A DNA stretch of 64,000 bases from Marsupella aquatica (lineage: Eukaryota > Plantae > Marchantiophyta), in contig OZ316894.1 of assembly GCA_973895155.1 (NCBI GenBank), positions 8,394,234 through 8,458,233 on the forward strand, read 5' to 3'. Below are positions 46,557 through 59,680 of this stretch, piece after piece. How positions within the stretch are numbered: the first letter of the stretch is position 1; every line of letters begins with the position of its first letter. The notes beneath the pieces were generated by a model that was not told where the DNA came from, made no database searches, and was given only the letters and a program-made list of their open reading frames with translations. Made by a program: the position numbers and the translations under genes.

Positions 46557-48449
46557 TTCTAACTAAGACTGAGTCATATGATGTGTTTTGAGCTATTCTA
46601 AATAAGAATGAGTCATATGGACTTGAGTTACACTTATGTTATTCTAACTAAGACTAAGTCATATGATATGTTGGTGGGATGTACACTATTTTACCCCTCT
46701 TTTCATGTAATTTTGGTCTAGTCTATGACTTCCATGACAAGGTTGCATTCATTCTTTATTGCATGACAAGGTTGGAATCACAATGCTCAACCAGGGCACA
46801 ATATAACCATGCATTGCACCTTATATGTTAATTGGTTAAAAACTTTCAATGCTTATTGTTTAGATATGTGTGTCACCCTAAATAGAGAGTCTCTCAAATA
46901 GAGACTAAATATAGCAAGGTACAATACGTACTTTTCTTTCAGCCACAAAGTATTGTGTCCCTAAGGTACATTGATTTGTATGTTCAAGTTAATGTAATTA
47001 TCTTGAACCCAGCAAATATTATTCCTCATTTGGTTCTAAAGGTGTGCATTTTTATTCTATTTACTATTTTACAATCACTGCTTAAATGCATTTGAACACT
47101 GTAAGGTAGCTTCTTAATTCAATTAAATACTATTCTCAATAGGGTACAATATACTTTATTATGAATAACTTGAAATAACTGTGTCTTAGAAGGGGCCAGC
47201 TATATATACGGTAGATTGTTATTGCAATATTAGGGGACTACGTGGTTAACTTGCACTTAAGCACAAAATGTACGTATCCATGTTGCACTTAAACATGGTT
47301 CACTGAATTATTACAAAAATATCTTTGCTTTGTATATTATTGCTTTTATGCGAAAACAATACTTTTAAGATAGAATGAGTGTAGCCAATTGGCCACTTCA
47401 CAAAACAGTAAGTATGATGGTACAAAAATATCTTATCCATTAAATATTATTGCTGTCCTGCAAAGTACAGGAAATGCCTCACTGTCCCTCACGAGAACCA
47501 ACAACCTGACGTCGCTACACTACCGTAGATAGGTTATTTTTCAGGTATTTTCGCTTTCGCCCAGGTGCTTGTGTGAAAGAGAATAATAAGAAGCGTTATT
47601 TATCTAATATTCTTAGATCATCCTAGATTTTTTCTTAGATTAAGTTGTAACAGTTAGATCTTCCTAGATTTGAGGATGAACATCAGATTTTGGCTAACGG
47701 GCCTGTGGCTAGGTGGGAAACTGGTGCAAAATTTGGCCATGAGTGGGTAAGGCTTTTCAGCCAGGTGGGATTTGACAAATTTATGCCACTAACGAAACCT
47801 TGTACACCAGTGCCACTCGGTTTGCCCCCAAAAATGTAGAATTGAGAAAATGTTGTTCCTGACTAACCAGATATTTTGGTGTCCTTGTGAAACCGAGAAA
47901 GAATTTAGTCAGTTAATTTTTAAGAATTCTGACTTTTGAGTGTGCTTCTTGCTTTTAAAATTAAAAGAGAAACAGGAATATAATAGTCTTACCTTTTGGG
48001 TGCGTTGTTTCAGCATTGTTTGTTACCCTTCCAACACAATCTCAACATGCTGCTTCCACCAATTGGATGCCGTTGCTAGGTTTGCATTCTCTTATTCAAC
48101 ACTTAAAACCTGAGTGAATTCTTTAAACAGCTACAGTAGAGAATGAATGTTTCTTTTGAAGTTAGGACTTTTGCTTCGAGTGCTTGATGAGAACGCATTG
48201 GCTGTTCTTGGTAACAACTAGTTATAGATGCCTTTTCCCACACCTTGACAAGGCCAAAACAGGGCCATTGGAGTCTGTTGAAGCAACATGTTTGTCAGGT
48301 TTTGGCTCATCAACATTGATAGCAAACTTGCAGAAAACATCAAAGATGACTTAGTACAAAATGGCTTTCAAAGAAAGAAATTCAACTTTGGAAATTTATA
48401 TCTGCTCTGATCAGCTGTGAAAATTGTTGATGTTAGGCCTATCGGAAAG

Positions 48450-48690
48450 CCCAGGGTACTCACTTCTTTTCTTCCGGCCATCGCGCGTGACGAAGTTGGG
48501 GGTTTTTAGTTCAATTGCGCGGAAGACTTTAAAAATTTTCCTGAGGAAATATAGGGGTGTTTGAATCCAAATTTGAGACTACTAAGAACTACAGATTCCA
48601 TAAAATTAGGAGTTAAAAATAGTAGAAATCTATTTTATTTTCTTTAGTTTTAGAGTGTTATGGGACCTCCCTTGGAGTAAGGCCCCCGAG
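48450..48690. mobile_element. 8-bp-TSD MITE (first family, uninterrupted)
   Basis: CCCAGGGTACTCACT...AGTAAGGCCCCCGAG; TSD TCGGAAAG/TAGGAAAG. Confidence 0.88.
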
Positions 48691-49861
48691 TAGGAAAGCA
48701 CATCTCAAGACTCTTCTAATGGTACCAGGGTTTGCAATTCTTTGCCTAGTAATGAGAGAATTTAAAAGTCAATCATCACCAATTGTAGAAAATCTATGAC
48801 CATCCAAGAAAAAACAACTGACTTTGGAAATTTGTATGTGCATTGATGCTAGTGGTGGACCTTGCCACCCAGCGCCCTCACCAATCCCAGCACTCACGCC
48901 TAAGTGCCCCTGGTGCCCGAACGCCTCCACGGAATACTTCGAGCAAGCAACCTAGTGTCCCTTGCACCGCCCGCGGCCCCTCCCATACGAAGCCGCACTT
49001 GCTCTCCAACACCGCTACTCAACGGTACTCACTGTCTACACAAGCAACCAAGCACCTTAGTAAGTAATCATTTAGGATCTAGAACTCACCCAGTCTAGCA
49101 TCATAACTCAAGCTCAACAGAAGTTAGTAAATAGGTCAACGATAGGTTCTCCCGATGCCATAAGCCGGAACCAGAACCCACGCCCACTGTTCGTCCAGAA
49201 CAGCTCCTTCCTTGGGCGCGGCCCGGGTTCCCCCTTGTACCTATCCATCACCAACTGCCTGCTCTGACCCCAGGACATGCTCATGGCCCAAATTAGCATA
49301 GCTTGTCCTTAAGCTTGTCCCAAGCTTGTCCCAACACGCTGGGACCAGAATGGCCCCGACTCTAGCAACCAACTCCCGGTTCTCGCCCCATTGATGGTCT
49401 AGGGGCTGAGCACCCTTGGAACTCAACCTCCATGCCTACTTGGCCTTGCCTCCCCAATGCAAGCTCCCTTGGGAGACTGAACGCGGCTTGGCTGCTGTTC
49501 GGCAGGATTTGGCAAGCGGGCGAGCTAACACCCGCAAACCTCGAGAATCCATGGCACCCCCAGACCCAGCTTGGGACCCAGCTGAGCTCAGGAAGGCAAA
49601 GCCCTCCTCAAAATCTTTTCAACGCACCCAAGAAATCCTCCAACGGACTTCCCGTTGGGAAGATATCGTCGTTTCCGTTTGGCGCTTTCCCTTAGTGTCG
49701 TGACCGTCGCGGCTCACGACTTCGGCTCGCCCCTGGCCCCCAAGGAGACACCACTCCCCTCATATATGCTTTTGGAGACCTGCCACCCCCAGACCAACTT
49801 TGGTCCCTAAACATTTGGCCTCCAACCCGGATCCTATCGCGCATAGTGGGCGTGCCACCAA

Positions 49862-52800
49862 TGTTGAGCATAGACGACGATCACAACGGCAAGCCCATGA
49901 ACCATCCAGTGCACAATAGTCGACACAAGAGATACGTGGTTCACCTCCTTGAGGCTACGTCCATGGGAACACACAAGAGAGCTTTACTAAACTCTAAGCC
50001 CGTCGGCTATACCGAGTCTCCACAGTGTAAGCTCTCCCTATCTCTCAAGTGGCTCCATAACAATGAGCCTTGGTTCTACCTCTCCAAGCACACGTGCCTC
50101 TTATGATATAGTGTGCAACTTAGTTGTACCTAACCACATAGTTGTACCTAATCACGTAGTTGTACCTAACCACGTAGTTGTACCAACCCACGTTGTTGTA
50201 CCAACCCACGTTGTTGTACCAACCATGTCATACCTAACCTAGACGTAAGAGTAAATACCCAACAATCTTCCCCTTGACTCTGGTCTAGGGAAGAGTAATA
50301 CTACCAATGTATATGATCCCTCAGCGAGAAGTTCTAGACAAAAACCAAACCGGTTTCCCTCTCTAACTAGAGCAAACCAGAACTAAGCCATAGCCTAATA
50401 CATAGGAATGAGGAAGAGCATATATCAGTAATTACAATGAATGTTAAGAAAACTCTACTTGTGATGCAATTGCAAAACCTGCAATACGTCACGGTGTCTA
50501 GAGAAACTCTCCAAAGGAATCACTTTGGTAAATGCGTCAGCCGGGTTGAGTTTACCATCAATCTTGACTAGCTCAAACAAATTATCAGACACAGCCTGCG
50601 TGATAAAATGGTACCTGACGTCAATGTGCTTCACTCTGCTGTCCATCACCTGGTTCACAGCAAGGTGGAGCGCACTTTGACTATCACAATGGAGCTTCAC
50701 ATTCCCCTGTGGCAATCCCATTTCAATGATAAGTCTATCCAACCAAATCGCTTCCTTTGCTGCTTCCGCAGCTGCAACATACTCCACTTCTGTAGTAGAC
50801 TGAGCAAAATATTTCTGCAAAGTAGACCTCCAACTTATGCATCCATCGCCAAGTGTGAACACGTATCCTGTTGTTGATCTCTTTCGGTCCAAATCTTGTC
50901 CATAGTCAGAATCTACATAGCCAATCAATGATCTAACATTCTTTGCATTCGTATCAAATAAAAGACCATGATCCACGGTACCCTTCAAGTACCTGATAAT
51001 CCACTTCACTGCTTCCCAGTGTACCTTCCCTGGATTCGACATGTACCTGCTCACCTTGCCCATAGCCATGGCAAGATCAGGTCTAGTGCAAGTCATCAAA
51101 TACATGAGACTCCCCACTGCCTTGTCATACGGAACCTTTGACATCAACCCCTTCTCTATGTCATCCGTAGGACAGAACGCTGATGATAACTTGAAGTGTG
51201 GAGCCAACGGGGTACTTACTGGCTTGCTATTCCCCATGTTGAACCTTGCAATTACCTTCCTCGCATAACTGCTCTGCGTCAACCATAGCTTGCCAGCCTC
51301 CAAGTTCCTAGTGATCTCCATACCCAAAATCCTCTTAGCTGGCCCTAAGTCCTTCATCTTAAACTCTGCACTAAGCAGTGCCTTGAGCTTAACAATCTCA
51401 GACCTATCCTTGGCTGCAATTAGCATGTCATCCACATAAAGTACTAAAACAATTAACCCAAAGACAACATTCTTCACTGGTTTCAAATACACACAAGGGT
51501 CAAAATACACTTCTATGAAAACCTTGTGACCGAATCCAATTGTCAAACCGCTTGTTCCACTGTCTTGGTGACTGCTTCAACCCATACAAGGATTTCAGCA
51601 ATCTGCAAACCAATTCCTCCTGTCCTCTCTTCACAAAACCTAGCGGTTGTCTCATGAAGATCACCTCTTCCAATGTGCCATAGAGGAAAGTTGTGATAAC
51701 ATCCATCTGATCTAGCAGCAGACCAAATATTACAACAAGTACACACAATAGTCGTATTGTAGAGTACTTAGCAACTGGTGAGAAGACCTCATTGTAATCC
51801 ACACCTTTCTCTTGTGTGAATCCCTTTGCTACCAACCTAGCCTTGTAGACCTTCGATCCACCTCCTATGGAATTATCCTTCAGCTTGTAAATCCACTTGC
51901 TGACCCTTAGGCAGCTTAACAAGCTTCCAAGTTTTGTTGTCCTTTAGTGACTACATCTCCGTTTGCATTGTTGCAGTCCACTTCTGCTTCTCCTTTGAAG
52001 CACTTGCCTCATGAAATGAAGAAGGTTCCCCTTCTTCCAAAATTAACACATCACCCTCATCATCAACTGCAAAATCATCCTCTTGCAGTTGAGATGAATC
52101 AAGCCACTGTCCATACCTTGGTGGAGCGCGTACAGTGCGACCAGATGCTCTTCTAGCCGATGACTCTGGTTGATCTGCGTGTGCTGGTACAATTTGAAGC
52201 TCAACAGCATCCACTTGCTGCTCACAAGCATCAACAAACTCCTCTGGTTCCTCTGGCACAGGAACCAGCTCCATAATTGGAGCAACTCCTTCTCTCCGGT
52301 CATGCACCTCATAACCAATCTCCCCCTCAACGAGATCCGGGATAGGAGATTTTCCTTTGTCAGTACGGGAGACCTGAGTATTCTCCCCCTCCTTCAATAA
52401 TCTGGATTCATTGAAGGAAACATCCCTACTGACAACGAGCTTACAGGCAATAGGATCCCATAGCCTATAGGCTTTCACACCACTCTGGTACCCAAGAAAA
52501 AAGTTGGAGGTAGGATCCAACTTGGTCCTATTCTGCTTCGGTGTGAGAGCATATGCATCACTTCCAAAAACTACCAAGTCATGATAGTCTGCTTGCCGCT
52601 TATAGCGCATCTCAAACGGCGTTTTGAAATTGATAGCACTAGAAGGAGAAAGATTTACCAAATAAGCTGCGGTATTGACAGCTTCTGCCCAAAATTCTTG
52701 TGGTAAACCTGATTGGCTCAACATACTCCGTGACCGCTCCAATAGTGTCCGATTGAGCCTCTCAGCGACACCATTCTGCTGCGGAGTATAAACTGTGGTG

Positions 52801-55800
52801 AGATGGCGAGTTATCCCCTGTTCTGAACAGTACTCTTCAAATTCCATTGAAGTGTACTCTCCGCCATTGTCTGATCTCAGACTCTTCACCCTTGTATCCA
52901 AACACTTGATTGTGTTTCTAGTCTGATTCTCCACCTGGGCCTTCCACTTCTTAAAAATGGACAAGACATCAGACTTATGCGTCATGAAATAAATCCACAC
53001 AAATCTTGAGTAATCATCAATAAATGATATATAGTACAACTTTCCAGAGTATGAGGGAGTCGGGGATGGACTCCACACGTCACTATGTATGTACTCAAGA
53101 ACCACTTTGGAACGATGAGTTCCAACACCAAAAGCACGACGATGCTGCTTTCCAAGAATGCAATGCTCACAAAACTCTAATTTACCAGATTGCAAATCAA
53201 AAATGAGTCCATTCTTTTGTAAGATAGCCAAACCCTTCTCACTCATGTGGCCTAGCCGTGAATGCCACAGTTGAGTCATCTCCTCGTGAGACTTGGTTAC
53301 ATTGGCCTCTCCACATACAGTATTGCCCTGTAACACATACAAATTCTTTTGTCTGCTCCCCTTCAAAATCACTGTCTCTCCTGACCTGACTTGAAGTTCA
53401 CCATCAATAACGTTCCATTGATGACCATTTGAATCCAACACACCGAGTGAAATCAGATTCTTACGCATGCCAGGTACATACTTGACTCCGGACACTGTGC
53501 GCACAGCGCCATCAAACATTTGAATCTTCACAGACCCAATTCCCTCAATTTGACAGGAGTGATCATTTCCATCAGAACTGAACCGTTTGAAACAGAGTAA
53601 GAACTGAAAAACTCACGAATGTAACAAATATGAAAAGAGCAAGCACAATCAAGAATCCACACATCATCTGCTCTCCTAGATGACGTGCACAGGGCATACC
53701 CCCAGCTTCATAAAATATACTCATCATTGAGTAAATCAGCTTCTCCATCAGCCCTAGCCACATTTGCCGATGAAGTTTCCGGTGCCTTTCCCTTACAGTC
53801 TCGCTTGAAGTGTCCAACTTGGTTGCACTTCCAACATGTCACCTGCCTCCTCTGAGGGGATTTATCCTTGGACTTAGATCTGGATTTAGATCTAAATTGG
53901 GTTCTACGGTCCCCAGTTGGTCGCTGCATACTCCTCCCATGGTTAACATTGAGGGTAGCACCAGATGATGAAGGCTGTGACGTGATGTGCATCTTCTACT
54001 GAAGATCATCACTAAGCAGAGAACTTACCACGTCATTGTATGAAATGGTATCCCTATCACGATGCAACAACACTCGTGATAGGGACTGGTAAGATGGAGG
54101 CAATGAACTAAGAAGCTGCAGAGCCTTTGTCTCATCATTCAAAGTCTCCCCAAGGTTTTCCAAGTCAACGACCATGTCGTTGAAAGCATCCACATGGTCT
54201 TGCAACTTTGTACCGGATTCCTTCATCCTGAAACTCATCAGTTTGTAGGAAGTGTAGAGACGGTTCGACAACTCCTTGCGGTGATACTTGCTCTGCAATT
54301 TCGCAAACAAGGACATGCAATCCTTATGTGCACCCAACTGCTTGATGATGGGAGGCATGAGATAGAGTGTAACACACCACACTCCCTGCTCCTGCATGCG
54401 GTCCCATTGTTTCTCATCAACATCATCTTCACAAGGGCTCAGTAGTTGGCCCATCCCTGACGCATAGAGCACTCCCTTCACCTGCTTCTCCCATAGCAAG
54501 TAGTCAGAGCGCCCATCATATTTTGTCACTTCATACTTGGGTCCCCCGAGCTTGAAAGTCCCCATCTTCTTCTTTGGCACTACCGTGAGCTCCGATAGTA
54601 GTACTGCTTCCTCCACCACACGCTGCACCGGTGATGGTATCGGTGTCACGTGCTCTTCCTCCTGCTCCTCTCTCTGCCCCTGAAACCGCCGTGGTGATCC
54701 TCGTGCTTCAAGTTCCACGTCTTCAAAAAATTCCTCCGAATCACTCATATGAGAAAATCACAAAAAATATCGTTTTTCTCAACTTCTCAAAAAACTCGAA
54801 ACTCAACACCGCCGCATAGCCCACAAAGCTAGGAGTCCAATACTGAAAACTGAAATCAAAATCAAAATTTGACGGAAAAGTTATTTAAATTTCAGTCGAG
54901 GTGGGTAAAACCTTGGGAAACTCCCCCGTTTTGACCACCTCAGGGAATAACCAAAATACCAAGTACAACCCGTTGTCGGAATTGCGATGTGATTGGTGCG
55001 CCGCGTTGCCAACTTCAATGGCTACGACCTCGCCAAAAAAGAACCAAAAAAGTTACCGTTCGGTGGACGAAATCTTTGTCGGACGGTCAAAAAATAGCTC
55101 TCTGGTTTTTTGGAATATTCTATGACCCTTGTATAGGCCCTGTGGGAATTTTGGAAGAACAATCGAGGGGCTGACACGTGTCCTCGAACCCCCAAAACCC
55201 CCTACCACCCTTCGTCGTCGAAATCTGGTCGCGCGCGCAGAAAATACACACGAAAGAATGTACCCCTCGACACCAAATGCAAGATATCTCACTCGGGTTT
55301 TGACGAAATAAAGATCTGATTTCAGATTTGGAAACTAGACTCCGAGGCGGTGAAGATCGATATAAGAAGCACCTAAAACGAGGAAAGAACAAGGGAGAAA
55401 AAAATTGGTAAAGATGACAGATTTCTCTCAATTGCCATAGCCAATTTCGAATCAGTTTTTCAAAGAGAAAAAAAAAATGGTACCTTGTCAACAACGAATG
55501 TTGATCAATTGCACTTGGTGCCGTCACCAAGTCCAACAAGGTAATTGATTTTGCTTAGCCTTCCTCTTTGCATCAAAGAGCCAATCCCGGACTCAAAACA
55601 ATCGTCTTGCCTCAATCTTTCCGTTGAGTCAAAACACTTGACGCTTCTCCCTCCGAGTCGATTGCCACGACAAGAAACCCCGATCAGGCAAAAGAGGACT
55701 CCATAGCCGGTCAGAAAATCAGAATGTTTCTTTTGCTTGTCCCGTCGCACATGGTACTCACTTGGTAACAAATTAGCTACCAAAACAAATAGCTCATCCC

Positions 55801-56460
55801 GATCTACAAGCAGAGCTATAGCATGCGATGCCTCCTTTGCCGTAGAGCTCACACCGTCGAGAAAACAAACTCTGGTCCCTCCTCCGAAAAACCGTCGAAC
55901 ACGAATGTTGCTAACTTTCTTCACAAAATCCAGAACGACGAAAACTTAGATCTCGAAAACTCCAAGTTCCATGCGAAGAAACTCCGGGAAATCCATCGAT
56001 ACTCAACGTTGGAAAAACCGTCATGAAATCTCATCACGAACACATGTCACCTCCCAAGCATGCTCTGATACCAATTGTTGAGCATAGACGACGATCGCAA
56101 CGGCAAGCCCATGAACCATCCAACGCACAATAGTCGACACAAGAGATACGTGGTTCACCTCCTTGAGGCTACGTCCACGGGAACACACAAGAGAGCTTTA
56201 CTGAACTCTAAGCCCGTCGGCTATACCGAGTCTCCACAGTGTAAGCTCTCTCTATCTCTCAAGTGGCTCCATAACAATGAGCCTTGGTTCTACCTCTCCA
56301 AACACACGTGCCTCTTATGATATAGTGTGCAACTTAGTTGTACCTAACCACATAGTTGTATCTAATCACGTAGTTGTACCTAACCACGTAGTTGTACCAA
56401 CCCACGTTGTTGTACCAACCACGTCATACCTAACCTAGACGTAAGAGTAAATACCCAACA
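49862..56460 (-). mobile_element. Full-length Ty1/copia LTR retrotransposon (Tnt1/Tork-like), inactivated
   Basis: LTRs 49862-50264 and 56076-56460; TSD ACCAA. PBS for tRNA-iMet at 56061-56073, PPT rc at 50265-50274. Domain order gag-PR-INT-RT-RH. Confidence 0.97.
50455..54748 (-). pseudogene. Disrupted copia gag-pol polyprotein
   Basis: Gag (54748-53996), zinc knuckle CWKCNQVGHFKRDC, protease WILDCACSFH, GAG-pre-integrase/INT (WHSRLGH, RSDNGGEY, PQQNGVAER), RT (YKARLVAKG, LYVDDML), RNase H. Stops at ~53996, ~53708 and ~51951; frameshifts near 53570, 51920 and 51545. Confidence 0.95.
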
Positions 56461-57037
56461 ACCAACTGGCAACGCCCATAACTTTCTGGTTAGGCGTTCG
56501 CAAGCGGAGTGCCTTAGCCCGTTGTGATCGGGCTGACCCAGTGCTCATGCCTAGGCCCTCAGGTCTCATCGCCGCTTGGGGTCCCAGATCGGCCAAACCC
56601 AGATTGGGCCCTAACTCACGCCCCAAGCGTCCGTTGCCCATGGCGTCAACTCCATTGGCCTTGGCCCCAAGAGGAGCTCACACTCAAGCCCTTAGAACTC
56701 AAAGTTCGTCCGGGGGCCCGGACGGTCGACCTTGAGTCCGGTCCCTTTCCCCTTGACCTGACCAGCTCTCAACTCGCCTAAGTCCTTAGTGTGTGTCACT
56801 AGCTTGGCTCCTTGCCTTTGCTAGTGTCACGTCTCATTGCCCTCTAGTCTCCCCATGCTAAGTCCTCCCCGGATGGCCTATCCGGGCCTGGACCATAAGG
56901 GAGCTCGGCGTCGGAGTCAGCACGCCGGAGCTAAGTGTTAAGGTAGTCGAGTTCCGCGACTATGCTCAACAAAAATTGGTGATAATTGGTTCATTGGAAA
57001 GCACATCTCAAGAAGTTTCTAAACTAAGTTAGAGTTT

Positions 57038-57322
57038 CTCGGGGTTTAACTTAGTGTATATTTTTGGGTACCACGTGTGATCCTAGCCTAAATAAATACA
57101 CCTATTTTACAAATAAAATATTCCAAGACTATTCTCTATTTTCAATATTAATAACCTATTTTGCTTTATAAAAGGTATATATTAGAGAATATTCTATAAA
57201 TGTGAGTTTGCAATACCTCCTTTTGTCTCCTACGCTTTTAAAAAATTTAGCTAACTTATATCAAAACTACCTATTTTGGATCGCACGTGGTTCCTAAGAT
57301 TTTTCATAGTCAATCCCCTTAG
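57038..57322. mobile_element. 8-bp-TSD MITE (third family)
   Basis: CTCGGGGTTTAACT..ACCACGTGTGATCC / GGATCGCACGTGGT..AGTCAATCCCCTTAG; TSD TAGAGTTT/CAGAGTTT. Confidence 0.8.
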
Positions 57323-57329
57323 CAGAGTT

Positions 57330-57895
57330 TTCATCCAACAATGAGAGAGAAATACAAGATGCATCAATCTTCACTAGTTATATCAAAAATATCAAAAACT
57401 TATATAGTGCAACAAACAGAGATGAACAGAGGAGGCACAACTTACACTATCAATGATATTTTGACGTAGATTTGATTTTTTTCCTTTGCCCTTTGCAAAT
57501 CCAACCATGATTGGTGATCCACATTATTCATGCCTTGTTGTCAGTGAGTCAATCTGTCACAAGGATTGACAAGCCTAAACTCAATCTTTGACAAAGACTG
57601 AGTGAGTAACAAGCCAAAACACAGGAATGCTTTGTTTCATTCATACACACAAACACACAAGGCCACTGGTTTGCCTAAAGTTGTAGTGGGTTCAGTTTAA
57701 TTTGAGCTACCACCAAAACATTTTCACCTCTAAAAACCATTTTTTAGATCTAAGTATTCAATTTTTTGGGTTTCCTTTTGGTTGACACTAAATGTGTCAC
57801 TTGCTTGAAAATTCAGGGTCAACTTCCATTTAGTTTGATTAATTGTTGGTGAGACTAATTGTTCACCCAGTCATATTGAATACTGTAAAAGAGTG
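57330..57895 (-). mobile_element. End of a second, inverted copy of the 17067-18691 CACT element family
   Basis: Terminus AATACTGTAAAAGAGTG+TA. rc of 57405-57525 matches 17390-17500. Inverted satellite units continue at 56972-57020 and 48400-48850. Confidence 0.75.
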
Positions 57896-59189
57896 TAAAT
57901 TGTCCGCTTTGTTGTAATGACAACTTTGCAATGGCATCGCCTGCACCTGCTTATTGTCTGACCCTCTAATACTTACATATATAGTTTGTGGACCCCTGCT
58001 TTACTACTTGCGAGGAAAGTACTAAATGTTCTCCCCACAAAGATTGTTGACGCTCGTTAATTTCCCATGCCTGGCTCAATCACTATCCTTGTCTCACCAT
58101 GGATGTAAACCAATTAGACTTCCTTTGTACCTTATTATGCAGGCCTCAATGTCATCTGGTGGCACTTCAGGCCAAAGATTTCCAACAACTAGTCATATGA
58201 GCTCACAGTGAAGCTCATGAATTGGCTCAACAAGCAAAAGTTTTTGTCTAAACATACTCATGTTGATCACTTTGGGGATCATTTTTCAGTGTTAAGCAGT
58301 TGTTAGCAGTTTGATGAGGAAATTATATTAGTTTTAATCAAATCTAAACTTGCAACCCCAAATTTCTTTCCCAATCTGCCTGCCCTAATTATTTTGTGTC
58401 CCCAATCTATCTCACTTTTTTTGTTGTTAATTCCCAGTTAACTTCAATCTCTGTCATCTAATTGGATTGATGAGGGTCATCAAAAAATTGTGGGGAATTC
58501 TCATTTAAATTTTACTAAGTAAGTACACCCCATGCTAGGTAGCCTAGACAGGCTTGAGACAACAAAATTAATCCGTGGACCCCCATGTTCATCTAAGGAA
58601 TGTTTGTGTGATTAAGTGAAATCAATTTTCATCAAGGCGGTAACCAACGGTTTTGAGTCTCCCGATGGTGTTGGTGTGTGCTCGTACAAAAACAAATGCT
58701 CAAAAGATAGAGATCTATCAAACGAAAGGTTGAATGTGGAGGAATTGAGTTTTCTTATAGGTTTTGCTTACACATTGGAAAAATCATCTTTCAACCATTC
58801 TTGATTGATTGTTTGTGAGTTACATTGAGCATTACCGCCACAAGACAGACTAGAGCACAACACTCAGCTGTTGGCAAAAGAGCGCTTGTCAATTTGGTGG
58901 GAAGAACACACAAAACGAACGAGCCGTCACTTCAAACAAAGGATTTGTAGTTATTTTTATTTAAGAAAGTTATGGTGTGAGGGGAATATCAACAATTGTT
59001 TCTTTGACATAGAGGCTGCATTTGGCGTCAACCTGTATTTAGAGTGAGCTTTAGTTGAAGACTATCTAAGAAATGCGAACAATAATTCAAGCCGGAAAGC
59101 AAGCATTGTGGACAAGCGATGGTGATGTAATCAAATAAATCAATTTGTAGCGGCTAAGTTTGTGACGGTGACGAGATTGTGATATCTCT

Positions 59190-59680
59190 TAATTGAGAAA
59201 GGGTTTCCAATGAGCCTCAAATTGACAAATTTCATATGAGTTTTTGAATATCTTTGCCTTTCCAATGAGTGTTAGTATAAATTTTTTTGATTATGAGTTC
59301 ATGAATTCTTTTAGCTTTCTAACATTGAGTCTGACATTTACAAATTTTATGTCAGATTTTGTCACGGTACTCAAGAGATCAGGAGGTGTTCAATCTTTTT
59401 AACTTTCTAATGTGTGACATTGAGATTATTTGTCAAGAAATAGAGAGATCATGAGTATCTAAATTTCTCTAGCTTTCCAATGAACCTAACATTGATAGAT
59501 TTTGTCAAGTACTAAGGAGATTATGAGTTTTTAATTTTACTCTAGCTTTCCAATGAGTGACATTGAGAAATTTTATCAAGACATTACTAAAGAGATCACG
59601 AGTTTCTAAATCTTGATCTTGAATTGTCCAATGAATCAAACATTGGCAAATTTTATCAAGTACTAAGGAGATTTATTATT
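59190..59680. repeat. Degenerate ~70-80-bp tandem repeat
   Basis: AGCTTTCCAATGA..ACATTG..A.ATTTT.TCAAG.ACTAA.GAGAT.ATGAGTTT repeated about six times. Confidence 0.75.

Larger units (their letters stand above)
48853..56971. mobile_element. LTR-like repeat (~1.5 kb net) split by the copia insertion
   Basis: TG..CA ends (…TATGCTCAACA). Sequence flanking the copia joins up and matches 61570-61816. No TSD found. Confidence 0.6.

Noticed and set aside
53996-53998. Programmed readthrough at the TAG inside gag
   Set aside because: It lies mid-Gag before the zinc knuckle and is most simply a CAG>TAG transition.
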